From positions 2,021 to 66,020 of the forward strand of contig CALWKR010000042.1 of the NCBI GenBank assembly GCA_944381315.1: a stretch of DNA of 64,000 bases, given 5' to 3'. Each line of letters begins with the position of its first letter. Within the stretch, counting starts at the first letter, position 1. This document shows positions 62,478-64,000 of this stretch, piece by piece. Source of the stretch: an uncultured Christensenellaceae bacterium (GTDB taxonomy: Bacteria; Bacillota; Clostridia; Christensenellales; UBA3700). The translations under genes were made by a program, and so were the position numbers. Below the pieces are notes generated by a model that saw only the letters and a list, made by a program, of their open reading frames with translations, searched no databases and had not been told where the DNA came from.

Positions 62478-62541
62478 GACGCATATTCGGTAGAGCGTAT
62501 ATTTTTTGCGCCGATCTCTGTTTTTTGCTCTTTCGGGCAAC

Positions 62542-62570
62542 AAAAAACGCGACCTGTATCGCGTTTTTGT
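62542..62570. terminator. intrinsic terminator after the phosphodiesterase gene
   Basis: AAAAAACGCGA-cctgta-TCGCGTTTTTG. Has an A-run and a T-run, so it could work in both directions. Confidence 0.8.
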
Positions 62571-62578
62571 CTTTTTCG

Positions 62579-63703
62579 TCAGCCGCGTTCGCCGTAGCCG
62601 TCGTAGCCGCTGCCGAAATATTCGGGATCTATGCCCTTGTTGCAGACCACCCAGGTCGAGCGCTCTTCGAGCGTCTGCCCTCCGTGCCATGTCTCTATGC
62701 CGCCGTGGTCGGTCGTGATCACGATCAGCCAATCTTCGCTCTCAAAGCTCGGGCGCGCATAGATCGCCTGCAACAGCTGATAGCACATCGCGTCCTCGTT
62801 GCGGAAGCCCTTGATGTATTTGTAATTGTCATTGCCGAAGCCCGTGCCGTGGCCGTTGTGGTCCGTGCCCTCGTAGATGCCGAAGATGATGTCGCATTCC
62901 TGCTCCCCTCCCTCCTGCACGCACGCGAGCAGATATTCGTGCAAAGCCTCGTCGTCGGAGACGAACTTGTGGCTCATCGGTATGCTCGTCGATTCCGCGA
63001 TCGCGTCCAGATATGCCGCGACGTCGTCCGGATCGCTGTCCGCGCTCAGCTGTTGCTCGGGCACGTCCGAGCGCTCGCGCAGATACTCCACCTCGTCCGC
63101 ATAGCTTTGGACAAAGTGCTCCTTCCAACTCGCCGCAAACGTCGTGCGATAGACTGTCCCGTATTCGCCCTCGGCGGCTTCGAGCATGAACGTCTTGTGC
63201 TCTATGCTCTTTGCCATGCCGTTGTCCGTAATGCCGTTTTGCACGCCCCACACGCCCGTCGTCAGCGCCGCCCAGCCGGGCGCGGTGGAAGTATGCTGCT
63301 CGTCGTCGCCGCCCTTGGTGCCGCCGGCATAGGCATAGTATATCCCTGCTCCGTCGTCGCCGAGCACATCCGCAATGCCGCTGTACAGCCCGGTGACATT
63401 GTCGCCGTCCACTTCTTCGGGCGCGTCGAGCACGTTGATCAATGCGTCCGCGCGACAGCCGTCATAGCCAATGAACGCGACCTTCTTCGCGGTCTTGCCG
63501 TCGGACAGCGGCGCACTCAAAAAGTCGCGCACCATCTGACCTATCTTGGGCTGCGCTATCGCCTCGTCGGGCGCGTTGGACCAAAATCCGTATGAGTCAA
63601 GATCTTTGAAATAGTCCTTGTCGCCATAACATCCGACCAACAAAGACAGAGACAATGCCGCTACGACGACGATTGCCGTCGCCAAGACGATCCTCTTTTT
63701 CAT
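62579..63703 (-). CDS. alkaline-phosphatase-superfamily lipoprotein (nucleotide pyrophosphatase/phosphodiesterase-like)
   Basis: MKKRIVLATAIVVVAALSLSLLVGCYG (lipobox). IGYDGCRADAL, TGVWGVQNGITDN, GTDHNGHGTGFG and ITTDHGG follow the NPP/type I phosphodiesterase metal-site pattern. Confidence 0.8.
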   Translation of the reverse strand: MKKRIVLATAIVVVAALSLSLLVGCYGDKDYFKDLDSYGFWSNAPDEAIAQPKIGQMVRDFLSAPLSDGKTAKKVAFIGYDGCRADALINVLDAPEEVDGDNVTGLYSGIADVLGDDGAGIYYAYAGGTKGGDDEQHTSTAPGWAALTTGVWGVQNGITDNGMAKSIEHKTFMLEAAEGEYGTVYRTTFAASWKEHFVQSYADEVEYLRERSDVPEQQLSADSDPDDVAAYLDAIAESTSIPMSHKFVSDDEALHEYLLACVQEGGEQECDIIFGIYEGTDHNGHGTGFGNDNYKYIKGFRNEDAMCYQLLQAIYARPSFESEDWLIVITTDHGGIETWHGGQTLEERSTWVVCNKGIDPEYFGSGYDGYGERG

Positions 63704-63777
63704 AATTTCCTCCCGCGCGATCCGCGCAACCTTATTCTACCCCGTTTGTCCACGCAAGTCAATACCGTATGTCGGTC

Positions 63778-64000
63778 GTCGCGCGGCGGTCGCGTGGCGG
63801 TCGCGTGGCGACGGCATGGTTGTCTTTTTCTAAGCGAAGCAAAAATTTTGTCATACCAACTTGACAGTCGCGCGGCGGTCGCGTGGCGGTCGCGTGGCGA
63901 CGGCATGGTTGTTTTTTCTAAGCGAAGCAAAAATTTTGTCATCCCAACTTGACAGTCGCGCGGCGGTCGCGTGGCGGTCGCATGGCGACAGCATGGTTAA
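63778..64000. repeat. tandem 88-89-bp repeat (2 full units plus a third cut by the window edge)
   Basis: Units are 63778-63866, 63867-63954 and 63955 to past 64000. They are nearly identical. Each contains the internal direct repeat GGCGGTCGCGT x2 and ends in GTCAT(A/C)CCAACTTGACA. Confidence 0.9.

Noticed and set aside
35233-63595. Further long antisense ORFs: 35233..37203, 37252..39246, 40359..41999, 43361..45184, 45846..47858, 53261..54784, 54803..57034 and 61241..63595. Also outside this span: 14897..16201, 16424..17638, 19466..21121 and 24012..25334.
   Set aside because: Each sits opposite a gene with clear family motifs. Many span two or three real genes plus the intergenic signals between them. 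All have Arg/Asp/Val/His-rich composition and lack SDs. I interpret them collectively as a codon-bias signature, not as overlapping genes. Ribosome profiling would be needed to overturn this.
63778-64000. CRISPR array as an explanation for the terminal repeats and for the 43.3-kb repeats.
   Set aside because: The whole 88-89-bp unit is repeated head to tail with no unique spacers. The 43.3-kb units are contiguous and degenerate. No cas genes are in the window.
1-64000. Search for tRNA, rRNA or tmRNA genes, transposases, integrases, phage genes, toxin-antitoxin pairs, restriction-modification systems or known defence systems.
   Set aside because: I recognised none in any intergenic region or ORF. 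The only mobile or defence-associated families are RadC and DUF45, reported as a finding. The AT-rich glycan cassette has no flanking IS or integrase in-window.

Overview
64-kb chromosomal window from a GC-rich Gram-positive bacterium. The taxon is an inference (Bacillota/Clostridia-like), based on veg, whiA, nfeD-floA, a SpoVB/MurJ-type flippase, lipobox lipoproteins and many sigma-A-type TTGACA-17-TATAAT promoters. I call about 58 protein genes. I saw no rRNA, tRNA, CRISPR array, transposase, integrase or prophage genes. Layout: (1) 1-10.8 kb, minus strand: a Wzx/Wzy-type glycan locus (aminotransferase, initiating sugar transferase, 3 GTs, 2 pyruvyl transferases, an FrhB-like Fe-S protein, Wzy, Wzx). 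From about 8 kb leftwards it is visibly AT-rich compared with the rest of the window. (2) 10.8-22 kb: a short AraC-type HTH protein, veg, a DEAD-box helicase, an SDR, a beta-helix protein, DUF4250, a polar amino-acid ABC importer, DUF2779 and an IMPase-family gene. (3) 22.7-26.4 kb: a GH20-nagA-esterase operon. (4) 26.4-39.2 kb, minus strand: murJ-like, mazG, dusB, murB, then a PHP protein, whiA, dnaE, a small ORF, pfkA and pfp. (5) 39.3-43.5 kb: a non-coding control region, a NUDIX gene, an orphan lipoprotein, alr and a repeat array. (6) 43.5-63.7 kb, almost all minus strand: a GPH transporter-lipoprotein-GH20 operon, then a roughly 12-kb gap-free array (Fe-ADH, thiamine pyrophosphokinase, HAD, a 737-aa membrane coiled-coil protein, GH20, a P-type ATPase, radC, a DUF45 peptidase and two membrane/zinc-ribbon proteins), a thioesterase, nfeD-floA and a phosphodiesterase lipoprotein. 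(7) 63.7-64.0 kb: an 88-89-bp tandem repeat running off the window edge. Most worth a second look: a consensus promoter, about 180 nt of structured leader, a 21-codon ORF and a terminator upstream of the murJ-like operon (39.25-39.63 kb); an ABC importer ATPase with a roughly 150-aa coiled-coil insertion; a membrane protein with triplicated coiled-coil repeats and a uL15-like C-terminus; a translationally coupled ATPase-RadC-DUF45-TM-Zn-ribbon module; two related tandem-repeat arrays; and a recurrent leaderless-mRNA geometry. Nearly every real gene has a full-length antisense shadow ORF in the track. I treat these as a codon-bias artefact. All functional calls rest on motif recognition by eye, with no database search run.
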